Notes under the pieces: generated by a model
Told to the model about the DNA's origin: nothing
Seen by the model: the letters and a program-made list of their open reading frames with translations, nothing else
Databases searched by the model: none
Translations under genes and position numbers: made by a program
Part shown: positions 1 to 12,326 of the stretch, in pieces
How the letters are laid out: every line of letters starts with the position of its first letter
How positions within the stretch are numbered: the stretch's first letter is position 1
From: Eledone cirrhosa
Lineage: Eukaryota
Reading direction: 5' to 3'
Assembly (NCBI GenBank): GCA_964016885.1
Contig: OZ024745.1
Coordinates: forward strand, 92,256,001 to 92,320,000
Length of the DNA stretch: 64,000 nucleotides

Positions 1-492
1 AAAATGAAACCAGTGTAATATTTACCTCAAAAATGAAACCAGTAATATTCACCCCCAAAGTGAAACCAGTGTAATATCCACCTCCAAAATGAAACCAGTG
101 TAATATCCACCTCCAAAATGAAACCAGTGTAATATTTACCTCAAAAATGAAACCAGTAATATTCACCCCCAAATGAAACCAGTGTAATATCCACCTCCAA
201 AATGAAACCAGTGTAATATTTACCTCAAAAATGAAACCAGTAATATTCACCCCCAAATGAAACCAGTGTAATATCCACCTCCAAAATGAAACCAGTGTAA
301 TATTTACCTCAAAAATGAAACCAGTAATATTCACCCCCAAAGTGAAACCAGTGTAATATTCACCTCCAAAGTGAAACCAGTGTAATATTCACCACCAAAG
401 TGAAACCAGTGTAATATTCACCGCCAAAGTGAAACCAGTGTAATATTCACCTCCAAAGTGAAACCAGTGTAATATTCACCTCCAAAGTGAAA
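1..492. repeat. 30-bp minisatellite with 28-bp variants, truncated by the window start
   Basis: About 16 tandem copies of aaartgaaaccagtgtaatatycacctcc. Confidence 0.95.
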
Positions 493-974
493 ATATTTTA
501 GCCCCTCATTTACGTAGAATTTTGAAGTTAGTGAAAATCGGCAAAATATTGACCTCGAATATAAGCCAACCCACATTTTACCATCGATTTTTTTGTCACA
601 TATTTCTCAGATTATAGACAAGTATATAAAGGTATATAAACTAGTTCTACAGTGAGACTGGTAAACCCAATGTTTATATATGGAATGGATCGCCTGAAAC
701 TGCCACTAGTTCTACGACACAAAACTACTTATTTTGAACTGTTTATATTTAACTAAAATTCTTCCATCATAATTTTATGTAAGAACTTTTGTTAAGTTAT
801 GTTCCAAACCCAGATTAATAATGAGAAAGTTAGTTGTATTAATAAATATCTCCAAATACCAGATTATTTTCAAAATTATTTGAAAATCATAGACAGTGTC
901 TTTCAATAGAAATATGATGACGAAAGTGTAAGCATTGCGAGTTTAAGAAATATAATCAAGCTTATAGTGCTGTT

Positions 975-1480
975 GCTGTTTACAACATTCAGCTTCTTAT
1001 CGTGTCCACGAGAGTGTCAGTTACAGGGTTGGGCTAGATGTGGTTCCGTCACAGCTGAACATATTGCTATCCTTTTTCATTAAACTCTGCCAAGTCTAAT
1101 GCTGTGCGGGGGTGTTCCAGCAGGGGGTTTATCAGGAGGTGTTGCGTAGTCTGTAGTTCAATGCCGCAGTCGCACACAACGTCCCCATCTTTTAAATATC
1201 CCCATTTACCAGATTGACTTTTGCACGACCAACACCAGATCTTAATCTGTTGAGCATTTCTACACTGTATAGTTTGTATCTGCTCCCGGGGGCAGTACCT
1301 CGCTCGCCTTTCGCTTCATTGTTATTACAGATGGGAGGTTGTTAAGTTTCTCTTCCCAGCGAGTGACTCTTTCACTATTTATGCTTGATGTTCCAAAGGG
1401 TGTGACGCTCTAAACATTCAGCTATAAGTCAGAGATTTAAATGTCTCTCAGATTAAAATTTGAAACCGTCTGCTGTCAAA
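975..1480 (-). mobile_element. Degraded 3' fragment of an RTE-X-like LINE
   Basis: The minus strand encodes ..MLNRLRSGVGRAKVNL.., resembling the RTE-X C-terminal region, and ends in ggacacgataagaag. Confidence 0.45.
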
Positions 1481-1851
1481 GTTTCTAAAAACCCACGATA
1501 AAAAAAGAACACTTTAAGCTTTAAGACCTAAACAGTAATTCAATATGTTACATAATTATAAATTTGAAAAATTAAATATTCCTTGCCTTTCTCAGCACAT
1601 ATGAGCCTCCGTATGTTCTTATACACATGTAATTCAGTCAGGGTACTAAAATGGTACCTCACCTCTGCTCTACGATGTCTATAGACCTGTTAGACATCTA
1701 CAGTCTTAAAAAGGAAAGGATATATCGGATTATGTAGTCTTAGAAACCAGTATTGGTCATTAAGGCAATATGTTTTTCTAAATACCACAAGTGTAATTTT
1801 AATTAATTAAACATGTTTAGCTCATGTTAGCATAGACTAGACTAACAGCTA

Positions 1852-2190
1852 CGCTGAGGTCAACTTTGCCTTTCATCCTAAAAGAGTCGTTAAAATAAAG
1901 TGCCAGTCAAGTACTGGAGCTGATTCAATCGACTTTATCATTCCCAAAATTGCTGACCTTGAGCCTAAATTAGGAACCAAGGTCGGTGGATTGGTAGACT
2001 CGTTAGAGTGCTGGAAGAAATACTTTGTGACATTTGTTCTGGTTCTTTACATTCTGAGTTCCAATTCTGTCGAGGTGAACTCTGGCTTTCGTTCTTCTGA
2101 AGTCGATAAAATAAAGTACCTGTTAACTACTGGGGCTAATTTAACCAAAAATGACCTTTCCCTAAAGTTGCTGGTCTTGTGTATAAATAA
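1852..2190 (+). mobile_element. Two tandem degraded copies of tRNA-derived SINE family A
   Basis: Core gaggtcaactttgcctttcatcc..taaaataaagtrccag and tail aaattgctgaccttg, shared with more than 15 copies in the window. Confidence 0.8.
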
Positions 2191-2261
2191 GAAGTAAACA
2201 TGTAATATCATCCTTCTATTTATTTAATCTATGAGATTCCACTTTCAAGTGAACTGAAGAG

Positions 2262-2455
2262 CAAACCTGTCAACTCTTCCCGTCCGACGGGGAGATCTCC
2301 TACTCACTTTGGAGTGGGTGAGAGATGTCTTCTCTTGTGAAAATGGGTATAGCTTTCATTTTGTAAGATCTCCCTATTTTGCCCCATTTCTCCCCGTTTT
2401 GGGGCACTTTTTTCATGGTATTGCTCGTTTGAGTTTTTAGTGGTTGGCAGGTCTG
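2262..2455 (-). mobile_element. MITE with 13-bp TIR CAGACCTGCCAAC and 6-bp TSD
   Basis: Ends caaacctgtcaac and gttggcaggtctg, flanked by gaagag on both sides. A second copy lies at 40360-43516. Confidence 0.85.
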
Positions 2456-2634
2456 GAAGAGAATTAATGTAACTGTCAGCCCCATTCACTATGGCTTCAG
2501 AAATTGCACAAATCAAACTCACTTTGTTTGTAACTATTGTTTAGAAGATCAAAACGAAAAGGCTGTATTTAGATTTATAGAGGATGGAAACGTTACTTTT
2601 CAGACACAATTAAATACATTTCTGAAAAGCATTA

Positions 2635-4164
2635 TCTATATATATAAAACTGAGGATGTCTGTCTCTGTGTGTGTGAGTATAAATCTCTAAAACTCAAGA
2701 AGCACCCAACCGACTGTTTTCAAACTTTACACATGAAATACTTATGTTTCAGGGAGTGTTCTGAGCAAAAAAGATTTCAAATTTTCATGCCCTAGGGACC
2801 GCATTAGGCGATTTAGCGATCTCTCTCCATAATTCTTAGTCTTTCTCTTTTTAGATAGATACATAGATATAACATCGCGCCCTTGTAATATCTGTCTGTA
2901 TGTCTGGCTGTCTGCATTACGCCACTTCCCACAATTCCCTCTTCGTTCAGAATGCTCCCTTATAATATCTGTCTGTATGTCTGGCTGTTTGCATCGCACT
3001 CGGCGGGTCAATGTATGGCTGTTAAACGGGCCGCGAACGCATTCTGATTCATTCTAAAGGCTACCAGTGGAATCAACCGTAACACCCTCTAAATGTCAGA
3101 GAACGCAGTCAAAGTCACTATTAAGGGCTACAAGTGAACGCTTACATGGCCCTTTTTAGGGCCACCACTTGAAATTGTTGATGGTTACCTCTCCTTACTG
3201 GGGTGTCAGTGAACGACTTTAAGGACCCTTGAAATAACTGATTGCGATCCTTTCGTTTAGAGTTGCCAGTGAACACGCACATGCCACAGCGCCCATTTTA
3301 TTGCACAATTCCTCTTTAAATTTGTTAAATTATACCCACAGTTAGGTAAACGTTTATCCAGTTGCGTTTACTTACTAAGGTGGGGTGGACTCCTTCGAGA
3401 AGGCTCCACATGCTGTCCGCTTGCACGTCATGCCTTGCTCAAGCATTGCAGACTTCACTCTGACATAAGTGGTGACATCTGTCCTGCTGCCTCATGCCAC
3501 TTTATTAAAGTACAGAAGCACCAAGGCGATTTTCTCCACGTGGAAGGAGAAGCATACCTAATACTAATTGCATCAGAGTATTCGGTTTACTTTCTTTACA
3601 TATTGTCCAGGCCTGCAGTTTTTCCACGATTAGGTCTGTTAGCGGCCCGCGTTATGTTTCAGGGAGTGCTATGCACATACAAAATTCAACTCTTTGATCC
3701 CCTAGGGCCCGCATTAGGTGAAAAACTGCGTTTTTTCAGCTTTTTAGGGGTATTTTGAGGCGTTACGTCAGACCGATTTCCTTGAAATTATAACTATGTA
3801 TTAGTCAGTCTCTTCTTCATACCGTGAGCAAAGAACTTTTTTATGGCCTAGGGCCCGCATTAGGTGAAAAACTTCATTTATTCAGCTTTCTAGGGATTTT
3901 TTTAGGCGTTACGTCTAGCCGATTTTCCCGAAATTTCAAGGCATATTATGCACATAAAAAAAATTCATTTTCTTGATCCCTTAGGTGAAAACCTGCATTT
4001 TTCCTGCTTCATCGAGGAAAATCTTAAAGATTATCTAGCCATCAGAGTATTCGGTTTATTTCCTTTACATATTGTCCAGGCATGCACTTTTTCCACGATT
4101 AGGTCTGTTGGCAGCTCGCGTTCCAAAATACCTTATCCCGTGCAACGCCGGGTACCACTGCTAG
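2635..4164 (+). mobile_element. Non-autonomous Helitron
   Basis: 5' end A|TCTATATATATAAAA..gtctgtct; 3' hairpin cccgtgcaacgccggg followed by CTAG at 4161-4164. Homologous to 62095-63174. Confidence 0.75.
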
Positions 4165-4476
4165 CTAGCAATAGAAATTAAACGTCTTGTTTAGAGTCGG
4201 GAAATGGAAAATCGAGTTACTATTAAATTCCGTTGACAGTAAGGAGTTTATTGCTACTCTGACGGCGTTCAGCATAATATTTATAAAGTAATTTAAAAAG
4301 TTTTATTAGATGTCTAAATATCACTTTATATAACGATAACATTTGGCAGAACGGGTAAATATTTTAATCTTGCCTATTATACACAAGACATGCTGATATA
4401 GAATTTCCTGTTTGGAAGCCGATTGCTATAATAAAAGATCAGCTGTTTGGCATTATCCAGGCTAAAGTCCATCAAT

Positions 4477-4494
4477 ACAACAACAACAACAACA

Positions 4495-4529
<35 letters not shown>

Positions 4530-4533
4530 CACC

Positions 4534-4574
<41 letters not shown>

Positions 4575-4575
4575 G

Positions 4576-4628
<53 letters not shown>

Positions 4629-4662
4629 CACCACCACTACTACTACTACTACTACGACGACG

Positions 4663-4751
<89 letters not shown>

Positions 4752-4752
4752 C
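4477..4752. repeat. Compound trinucleotide microsatellite (ACA/ACT/ACC/ACG)n
   Basis: Seen directly; it produces the poly-T, poly-V and poly-S ORF artefacts. Confidence 0.98.
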
Positions 4753-5030
4753 ATGTCTCTCCCAGTTTTCTACCTCCAATCTACAGGCGCATAATCAGAA
4801 CAGGCCCATTCATTCGGCCATGTTCGCCTCTCTCGCACATCTTTCAGCAAATTGCTGGGAAGGGAGCACCTCCCTCTCCACCCTGATTTTATTTTTCAAA
4901 TGAAATTTGAAAAAGTTAATCAAGGCTCGGCCTAAGAGGTAAGTGCTCGTCGTCAGCCCTTTCAAACGTGTCCACCACACGACCTCTTTCGCCATGGCCA
5001 CCTGGCAGATACAAAACTGCCTGTCCTTCC
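4753..5030 (-). mobile_element. 3' fragment of a Tx1/L1-like LINE
   Basis: Peptide MAKEVVWWTRLKGL..GRALINFFKFHLKNKIRVERE is homologous to 52530-52748. Confidence 0.8.
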
Positions 5031-5165
5031 TGGTTTACACACGCAGATACATACACATATACACAGGCGCACTGGCGCATTTGTGTATATATCTGTAGGT
5101 GGTTGACGGTTGAGAGAAAGGGCTACCTTTAATATAATATTCATTTATATTAAGGCTAAAAAGAA

Positions 5166-5310
5166 CCGTATTTCCCGGCGTCGAAGACGCTACTTTTTTC
5201 ATAAAATAAGTCTCAAAAATCTACCTGGAGGCCGAAGCTTCATTATTTTTTTTTTCAAATTTTTGGGTGCGTCCTCGGGGACGAAGCGTCTTCGGCGCCG
5301 AGAAATATGG
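5166..5310 (+). mobile_element. Tc1/pogo-type MITE
   Basis: TIRs ccgtatttcccggcgtcgaagacgc and gcgtcttcggcgccgagaaatatgg, with TA on the right flank. Related copy at 36057-36164. Confidence 0.75.
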
Positions 5311-5430
5311 TAAGTCTTGTTACTCTGGAGTTTCGCCTGTTTATCACAGGGTCATCAGACAAGAACATTTGTATGTATGTATGTATGTATGTATGTATGT
5401 ATGTATGTATGTATGTATGTATGTATATAT

Positions 5431-5990
5431 GTCTCATGGTCGGGTCGTTGGCGACTAAACTGGCAACCCCACCAAGGTTTCTTGGTGAGGAGGGTGACTT
5501 TGGACATCCTGCAGGACTAAAAACAAAACCTGTCAAAGGGCAAAGGAGCTCTTAAGAGTCAATGGCCATCCAAAATCACCGGCAGAGATGACCCCTTAGC
5601 CTTTGTCAAGGCAGAATTCTAGGAGATGGAAAACTCTGATATAACACCTGCAACTCTGATGGTATCCAATGATGTTGACATGTTCTTCTTTTTGGTAAAT
5701 ATCATCTTGGTTAAGAGAGTGGGGCTGGCTTTGTGCAGTGCCTTTGCTCACTATAAAAGCTTCACGACACAGGCATTGCTTTATATCTGGAGATCTCTCT
5801 GCACTTGTCGTCACATGGTATCATGGGCACAGCACTGTGTGTCAATAATTGTCACAAGTGTAGTGTTTGTACCAGAGTTTTCAAGTCGCTGGCTGGACTA
5901 AAAAGTCACACTCGTTCAACGCATCGGTAGGGGTTCTCCTACATGGATATAAAGTAGTGGCCGTACTCGAAAACGAGTTGGCAGCCACCA
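5431..5990 (+). mobile_element. Short non-autonomous RTE-derived (bipartite) retroelement in (ATGT)n
   Basis: RTE-5'UTR-like ctaggagatggaaaactctgat, then a 3' hairpin gtggccgtactcgaaaacgagttggcagccac and an ATGT tail. Near-identical 5'-truncated copies at 25543 and 53734. Confidence 0.65.
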
Positions 5991-6017
5991 TGTATATATG
6001 TATGTATCTATGTATGT

Positions 6018-7102
6018 TTATCTCTTTCTCTTAATTTTGAGTATATGTTTGACCGGCCACCTTCCTGGTGGCAAGATTGTAAAAGAAAAGAAATTGAATC
6101 GCAAGAATGTTTTGCAAATTTTGAAGGAGCCAGCTATCGCAGCCATTTGTAGACTATGAATTAGGGAGCTGCGCTCTTTATCCGCAAATCCAAGTTCAGT
6201 TATACATTGGTCTAAGCGGGTTGGTATATAACTCGTAGCTCCAATAATGATGGGTATGAAGCTAAAGGAGTATCTTGGATACTGGATTTGTAAACTCCTC
6301 ATCAATGGTCCGTAGATGTTCTCCTTCTCCTGTATTTTTCTGACAACGTTTACATCAAGTAGGCAGCTGATCTTCACAACAGAACACGTTTTCAATGTGT
6401 GGTCCCAAACAACAATATCAGGCCGGTTGTGCTTTAATTTGGTGGCAGTTTTTATTTTCAGGTTCCACCAGTATTCTTTAGTGTCATCTGTCTCAATATA
6501 TTCTTCCTCGTTTGTTTTTAATTTTGTTTTCCGAAGTGCGTTCCAGATGGTTCTAGCTATCCCATCGTGTCTCATGGGGAGGTAGTAGCGAGATGACATT
6601 CTTTCGATCTTTGTTTTACATAGCCTACATTTATTGTCAGCTGATGGCCCTCCTCTTTTGTGCAGCAGATATTTGGTAGGGAGTTCTTGTCCTTGTATTG
6701 CATAGAAATATCCCTCAAGGTGTGATGTCATAAACTTGTCGGAACTCCATGCCAGGCTTTTTAAGTGGTTTATACCCTCTATGGTCTGTGTTTTACGTCT
6801 CAAGTATCCATGAATCACTTTTTCTGTAAATTGGTCAATTTTTTCATCTTGTTTGAACTTTGAATAAGATCTTCCGATGTCTCTGGGTGAGAGATTTATA
6901 TCAGGCTTTATTCCATATCTCTCCTCCAGATCAGTCGCTATTCTAATGATATTTTTTTCTTCATGCTCATAAACCTGGGCAAGATGGTTGCCAACCTTTT
7001 TCCTCTGTTGAAGATGTTGCTTCAGTGTTACTATCCGGGTCTCATATGATGTTAATATGGAATTTAGACCCCGGCCACCTTCCTTGCGTGAGAAGTATAG
7101 CC
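6018..7102 (-). mobile_element. 5'-truncated RLE-type (R4/NeSL-like) LINE, C-terminal part
   Basis: Motifs EGGRGL, CRLC, RHD, NRPDIVVWD and K..EK..Y (zinc knuckle plus restriction-like endonuclease). The 3' flank is ATAC-like. Confidence 0.85.
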
Positions 7103-7108
7103 TATGTA

Positions 7109-10100
7109 TGTTCTTCTGGTTTTATAATTTCACAAAGTTTTACCAATAGAGAGAGAGAGTCGGTTTCTAACATAGACTCTCTCATTGGAATTTACACAAC
7201 ATCAACTAGGTAGATTATGTATGCATGCATGTGTAGATATGGATGTTATTGTATGTGTGGATGTGAATGTTTTGAGTTGTATGTGTGCATGTGTGTATGC
7301 TTTGCATCTGTACATGTGTATATGCAGTTATTAGATGCAACATTTTTGGAATGTTTTACATATTTTTTACTGTTCCATTAATGGATTGTACTTGTAGTTT
7401 CCTAACTAGTTGTGTTCTTTCTGTTCCTGTGAAGCCTAGCTTCTCAATATTTGTATTGAGGCAGTTACTAACATACCCCAGTGCCCCAATAATCACAGGG
7501 TTAAATCTGAAAGTGTAATCAGGGTGGTGTATCTGCAGATTTCTCATCAGTTCTGCATAAATATTCTCCTTTTCGCTAATCTTTGATATTATATTGGCAT
7601 CTGCTGGGCAGCTAATTTCCACTACTGTGCATGTTTTCTTCTCCCTGTCCCATATAATATCTGGTCTGTTATGCCTGGATTTTATTGGGGTTTTTACTGG
7701 AAAATTCCACCAGTACTCTTTCATATTATGTACATGGATGTCTTCCACATTGCTGTAGCTTTTAATGTGTTTATTATCGGGGCTATCTTTTTTACGAACT
7801 GCATTGTACAGTGTTTTGGCCACTACATCATGCCTCATAGGTAGATAGTACCGCGATGACATCTTTGGACAGCTGCTGATGACATGGGTGATATCCTCGA
7901 TGTTAGTTCTGCAGAGTCTGCACTGGTTATCACATCTAGGTGTTTTGCCTGCTTCCCTATCTCTTTTGTGAATCAAGTATTTCGTGTTAATCTCCTGTTC
8001 TTGGATTGCAAAAGCGTATCCTTCAAAGTGGGAGCCAATATAGCGGTTGTTGGTCCAAGATAGACTACTTTCCTTATCTATATTACTCTCACTCTGGAGC
8101 TTCCTGGCAACATATCCATGCATGATTTTTTGCTTATAAGCATGCAGTTTTTCATCCATGGTTTCACTGCGATACTGTTGAGCGACATCCCTGGGTGTGA
8201 GTTTTTGATTATCACACAGGAAATATCTCTCGAGGAGTTCCTTCCCAACTCTCATGATCTTATCTGTTTCATGCAGATAGACTTGCTCGAGAGACGGGCT
8301 CCTACGCTTCGAGGTTCGTAAATGTTGTCGGAGAGATATGATGCGACATTCAAATGTTGTCTGGACTGATGTTAGGCCTCTGCCTCCATGCTTACGTTTC
8401 AACTAAAGGCGGTCTATGTCACTGTTGATGTGGAAGTTTCCGGTGTTTTTCAGTATTTTTCGAGTTCCAACATCAACTGCTCGTATTTCGTCTATCGTCC
8501 AATTAAGTATTCCAAACGTTGGTGTTGGGACAGGCACATCAAACACATTGTGAGCCCCTGTTTTGTTTTGCGCAGAGAGTTCCGATGACGAGATCTTTCT
8601 TAATCGGGTGTAGAATTCCCTGGTTACGCGTTCTTTATTACAGATACCATTATAGGATATGTTCTCATCTATCTCCAGGTATCTGTAGCAGTCCTCATCA
8701 GATATCGGTGAAACAGTTAGTCCATTGATGACAATGTTGCTAGATTGGGTTGTTGTTTTTCCCCGCTTTACAGTCATGTATGAGCATTTATCTTGGCCAA
8801 ACTCCATTCCTAAATCCTTTGAGAACGTTGTAACCAGGTCAAGATTTTTCTTCATCCCATCCATGTTCTTGGCATCGTCCACAAAGAAGTTATGGGTTAG
8901 GTTCGTATTTCTGTCCTCCTGTGAGCCAATGATGTATCCCTCACATTTCTTGAGCAGAAAGGACAAGGAGTTTAATGACAGGATGAATAATATCACAGAG
9001 AGACTGTCCCCCTGAAATATACCCCTGCAATATTTTATTTTATCAGTGAAAATAAAGTCCTCCCTCTCTGTCTTTAACCTTAGGATAGCAGCCCAAGAAG
9101 AAGACAACCTCTCTATGGCTCTGACAATAATGTCTGGGACTTTAGCAAGTTGGAGGGCCTCTATCATCCAAGAGTGGGGAAGAGAATCGAAAGCTTTCCT
9201 GTAGTCCAGCCAGACTGTAGTCATATTCCTCCTAAGTTGTCGCACCTCCGACATCGCAGTTTTGTTGATTAGGAGTTGTTCAGCACATCTCCAAACCCCT
9301 TTCTTTCCAGCTGCTTGTTCATCTGTGATGATGTTATTATTTTCACAGTTATCTTGGAAGAATAGGTTCAGGCAGGCTGTATACATCTTATACATCAGGT
9401 TCTGGCATGCAATGGGTCGGTAGATTTTTGCCAAGTGGGTGTCTTTGTTCTTGGGGACCAGTAATGTTTGTGCTAATGTCAACCATTCTGATATAAGTGT
9501 ATCTCCCTTAAGAACTTGTCGGTAGAGGTCAGTAAGTACCTCCGATAGAATATCAATTTTTTGTACCAGTAGTCGACAATAATGTCTCTTCCCGGTGTTT
9601 TCTTATCTTGGAGTTTTCCTATCACAGTCTCAAGGGTACCCTCACTTATTTCGTATGTTTTTGTTGTAGTGTAGGAGCAATAGTTCTTTCGGATTTCTCT
9701 TAGCCACACTGCATCTTGGTTGAAATTCTTCTTTTCACCCCATATTTTTCTCCAAAAGGAATCTATGTCTTTCTGGGATGGGGCCTCAGTGACACTTATT
9801 ATTTTGCCCTTCATATCTCTATAGACTGATGTTTGGTTTCGTCTGAATCTTTTATTAAGTACTTTTCTCTCATCAACCTTCTTCAGATATCGGCGTTTTT
9901 CGCTAACAGCTCTCAATTCTTGTTTGAGGGTGGTCAGCTTATCTTGGTTGGTGAGGAGTGAGGTTTTTTTGTGTTTGTTTGCATGTAAGGAGCATTGTCA
10001 CATATCCTATGTTTTTTCGTAGGTCAGCAATCTTTTTTTCTATTTTAGTTATATATGATGGTATTTTTGGAGGTGTTTTGTTCTTGTTAATATCTCTGCT

Positions 10101-10785
10101 ATCACCAAGATAATGCTTCACTGTCGTTGCTAGGGCATATAAACAGGCGTTGATTTGCCAAAATGTTGGGGTTTTTATCCGTCGTAAATATTCATCCCCT
10201 ATTTCGTCGATAACACATAGTATTTCATTATTTGGTTTTTTATTCACCATTGTCATTTTAACACGTTCAGCAAGAGAGATATTATACATGAGTTAATTTC
10301 TCTCTGGAAGATTTCGTTGAGGGAAATTTTCAATTGTTTATATTTTTGATTATCAGACTCGGATGGTACACGTGGTGTCACATTTATTCGATTATTATTA
10401 TTATCGATAGTGTTTTCCCCAGCATTCGAGGTAGACTTAGATGGTACAGGTGGTGTCAAGTTTCTTGCAGGCATAGTTGTTTCAAGGCACTGTTCGACCT
10501 GGCTGCTTGGAAGTCTAGTAGCATGGCAACCTGTAGCACGTGTTGTTGATAACATGTTTGTTGTTGGGGACTTACAATTAATAATATTTATCTTATTTTT
10601 ACGTTCAACAAACGTCGCTTGTTGGCGTAATTGTTTCGCTGTGAAATAATTTAGCTCTGGGTGCATTTCGTCCCAGTGTAGCTTCATTCTATTCATATAG
10701 CCAATGGAGAGATTGTTTTTTTGCCATTTTATAACAATTAAATAAATCATTATTAAGTTCGCCACTCCAAGCGAAATGCGATTTA
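7109..10785 (-). mobile_element. Near-full-length RLE-type (R4/Dong/NeSL-like) non-LTR retrotransposon, frameshifted
   Basis: ORF pieces from 10765 to 7356 contain RT motifs (YRPIAC, WLDYRKAFDS, GIFQGDSLS, FFVDD), a CRLC..H..C knuckle and an RPDI..EISCP RLE domain. (ATAC) flanks both ends. Confidence 0.92.
8403..9482 (-). pseudogene. Reverse transcriptase domain of the RLE-type LINE
   Basis: Motifs DYRKAFDSLPH, QGDSLS, FVDD and CYRYLEI. Confidence 0.9.
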
Positions 10786-10856
10786 TGTGTGTATGTATGT
10801 ATGTATGTATGTATGTATGTATGTATGTATGTATGTATGTATGTATGTATGTATGT

Positions 10857-11385
10857 TTTAACCGCGCGGTACATGTGTATATACATATTTACACACTTTT
10901 GGATGGCCGTTGACTCTTATGAGTTCTTCCGCCCTTTGTCAGGTTTTATTTTTTGTCCTGCAGGGTGTCCAAAAGCACCCTCCTCACCAAGTAAACTTGG
11001 TGGGGTTGCCGATTTAGTCGCCGACGACCCGACAATGCGACGGGTTGTATTGGGTTACATGTTACCAGTAGCGACATAAACCACTGGGAGTGAAGGACTC
11101 CTAACCTTTGTCAGGGCATTCTTCTAGGAGAAGGCAACTCAGGAAACTTGGATAACTCCGATATAAAACCTGCAGCTCAGTAGTTACCGGTGATGTTGAT
11201 CTCTTCCTCTTTTCGGGTTATAGCTACTGTCGCTCAGAGAGTGAGATTGGCTCAGTGCACAGTCTTTCCTCACTTTAAAAAATATCTTCACGCACAGACA
11301 TTTCACGATAGAATTAGTTAATAATTATTCATAATGGTATATCGTGCAATGGCCATACTCGATAACGAGAGGGCAGCCATCATCA
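10857..11385 (+). mobile_element. RTE-derived short element (second subfamily) with an inverted 5' segment
   Basis: 10857-11076 is the reverse complement of the leader seen at 5431-5575 and 53560-53612. 11077-11385 matches 53265-53560 in reverse complement. Confidence 0.65.
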
Positions 11386-11449
11386 TGTATGTATGTATGT
11401 ATTTATGTATGTATATATGTATGTATGTGTGTGTGTATGTAAGTATGTA

Positions 11450-11565
<116 letters not shown>

Positions 11566-11855
11566 ATATCTGCACTGATTAGCAAATTGGCCGATTACCA
11601 ATTAATCTGCTGCTGATTATCTATAATGTAATTATGTATTGTGATATGAACGTGTGTGTTATAATTAATTTTATGTAATATATTATAATATATCATAATT
11701 AATCATAATTATGGAGCTACAATTTGAGATGACATGATAACAAAATTAAGTTAATTTTCATTGTAGGAAGTAATATAAACAAACCTACAAGAAATCAACT
11801 ATGTTCTAAAAATGGGGAAATTCCAATGTCTTTACATTATAATTTGCAAAGTTAG

Positions 11856-12052
11856 GGCAGTGGATTGGCAGTATCGGTAGAGCGTCAGACAACATGCTTT
11901 GCATAGCATAGAGTTATGACCCTTTACATTCTGAATTCAAATCTCGCCGAGGTTCACTTTGTCTTTTATCCTTACGGGGTCGATAAAATAAAGCACCAGT
12001 AATGTACTGGGGTAATCGCTGGCCTTGTGCCAAAAAGTAGAAACAATTATTA
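11856..12052 (+). mobile_element. tRNA-derived SINE family A
   Basis: Box A-like tggcagtatcgg, box B-like gaattcaaatc, family core and (ATT) tail. Confidence 0.85.
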
Positions 12053-12326
12053 CTGGAAAATTTTTGAATACCTTTAAATAAATATGTAATTGGAATTTTT
12101 ATAATTTTTAAATTAATTTGTTTTAAAAAGATTAAAAACATCACTTCATGTGGGTAGGAGGGTTTCTCTTCTACTTTGCTGCCCTTTAACCTACAGAGAG
12201 TTATTAAGTCTCCTGGATAATCCCTAATCCTTTCTTGTTGTGTAGATCAGCATGTTGAAACAGTAGGGACAGAGTTATATTACATTGGTGGACTTAGATT
12301 GTGTGTTTTAGGAAATAATATTTCTC

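Noticed and set aside
4377-4794. Poly-V, poly-T and poly-S ORFs, and all YI/HT/CV/ER/MYVC-repeat ORFs in the track
   Set aside because: They are translations of microsatellites.
5626-5901. 91-aa ORF MENSDITPATL.. recurring at 25630 and 53822
   Set aside because: Recurrence is explained by near-identical repeat copies. It has no recognisable domain and is not kept in the sister subfamily.
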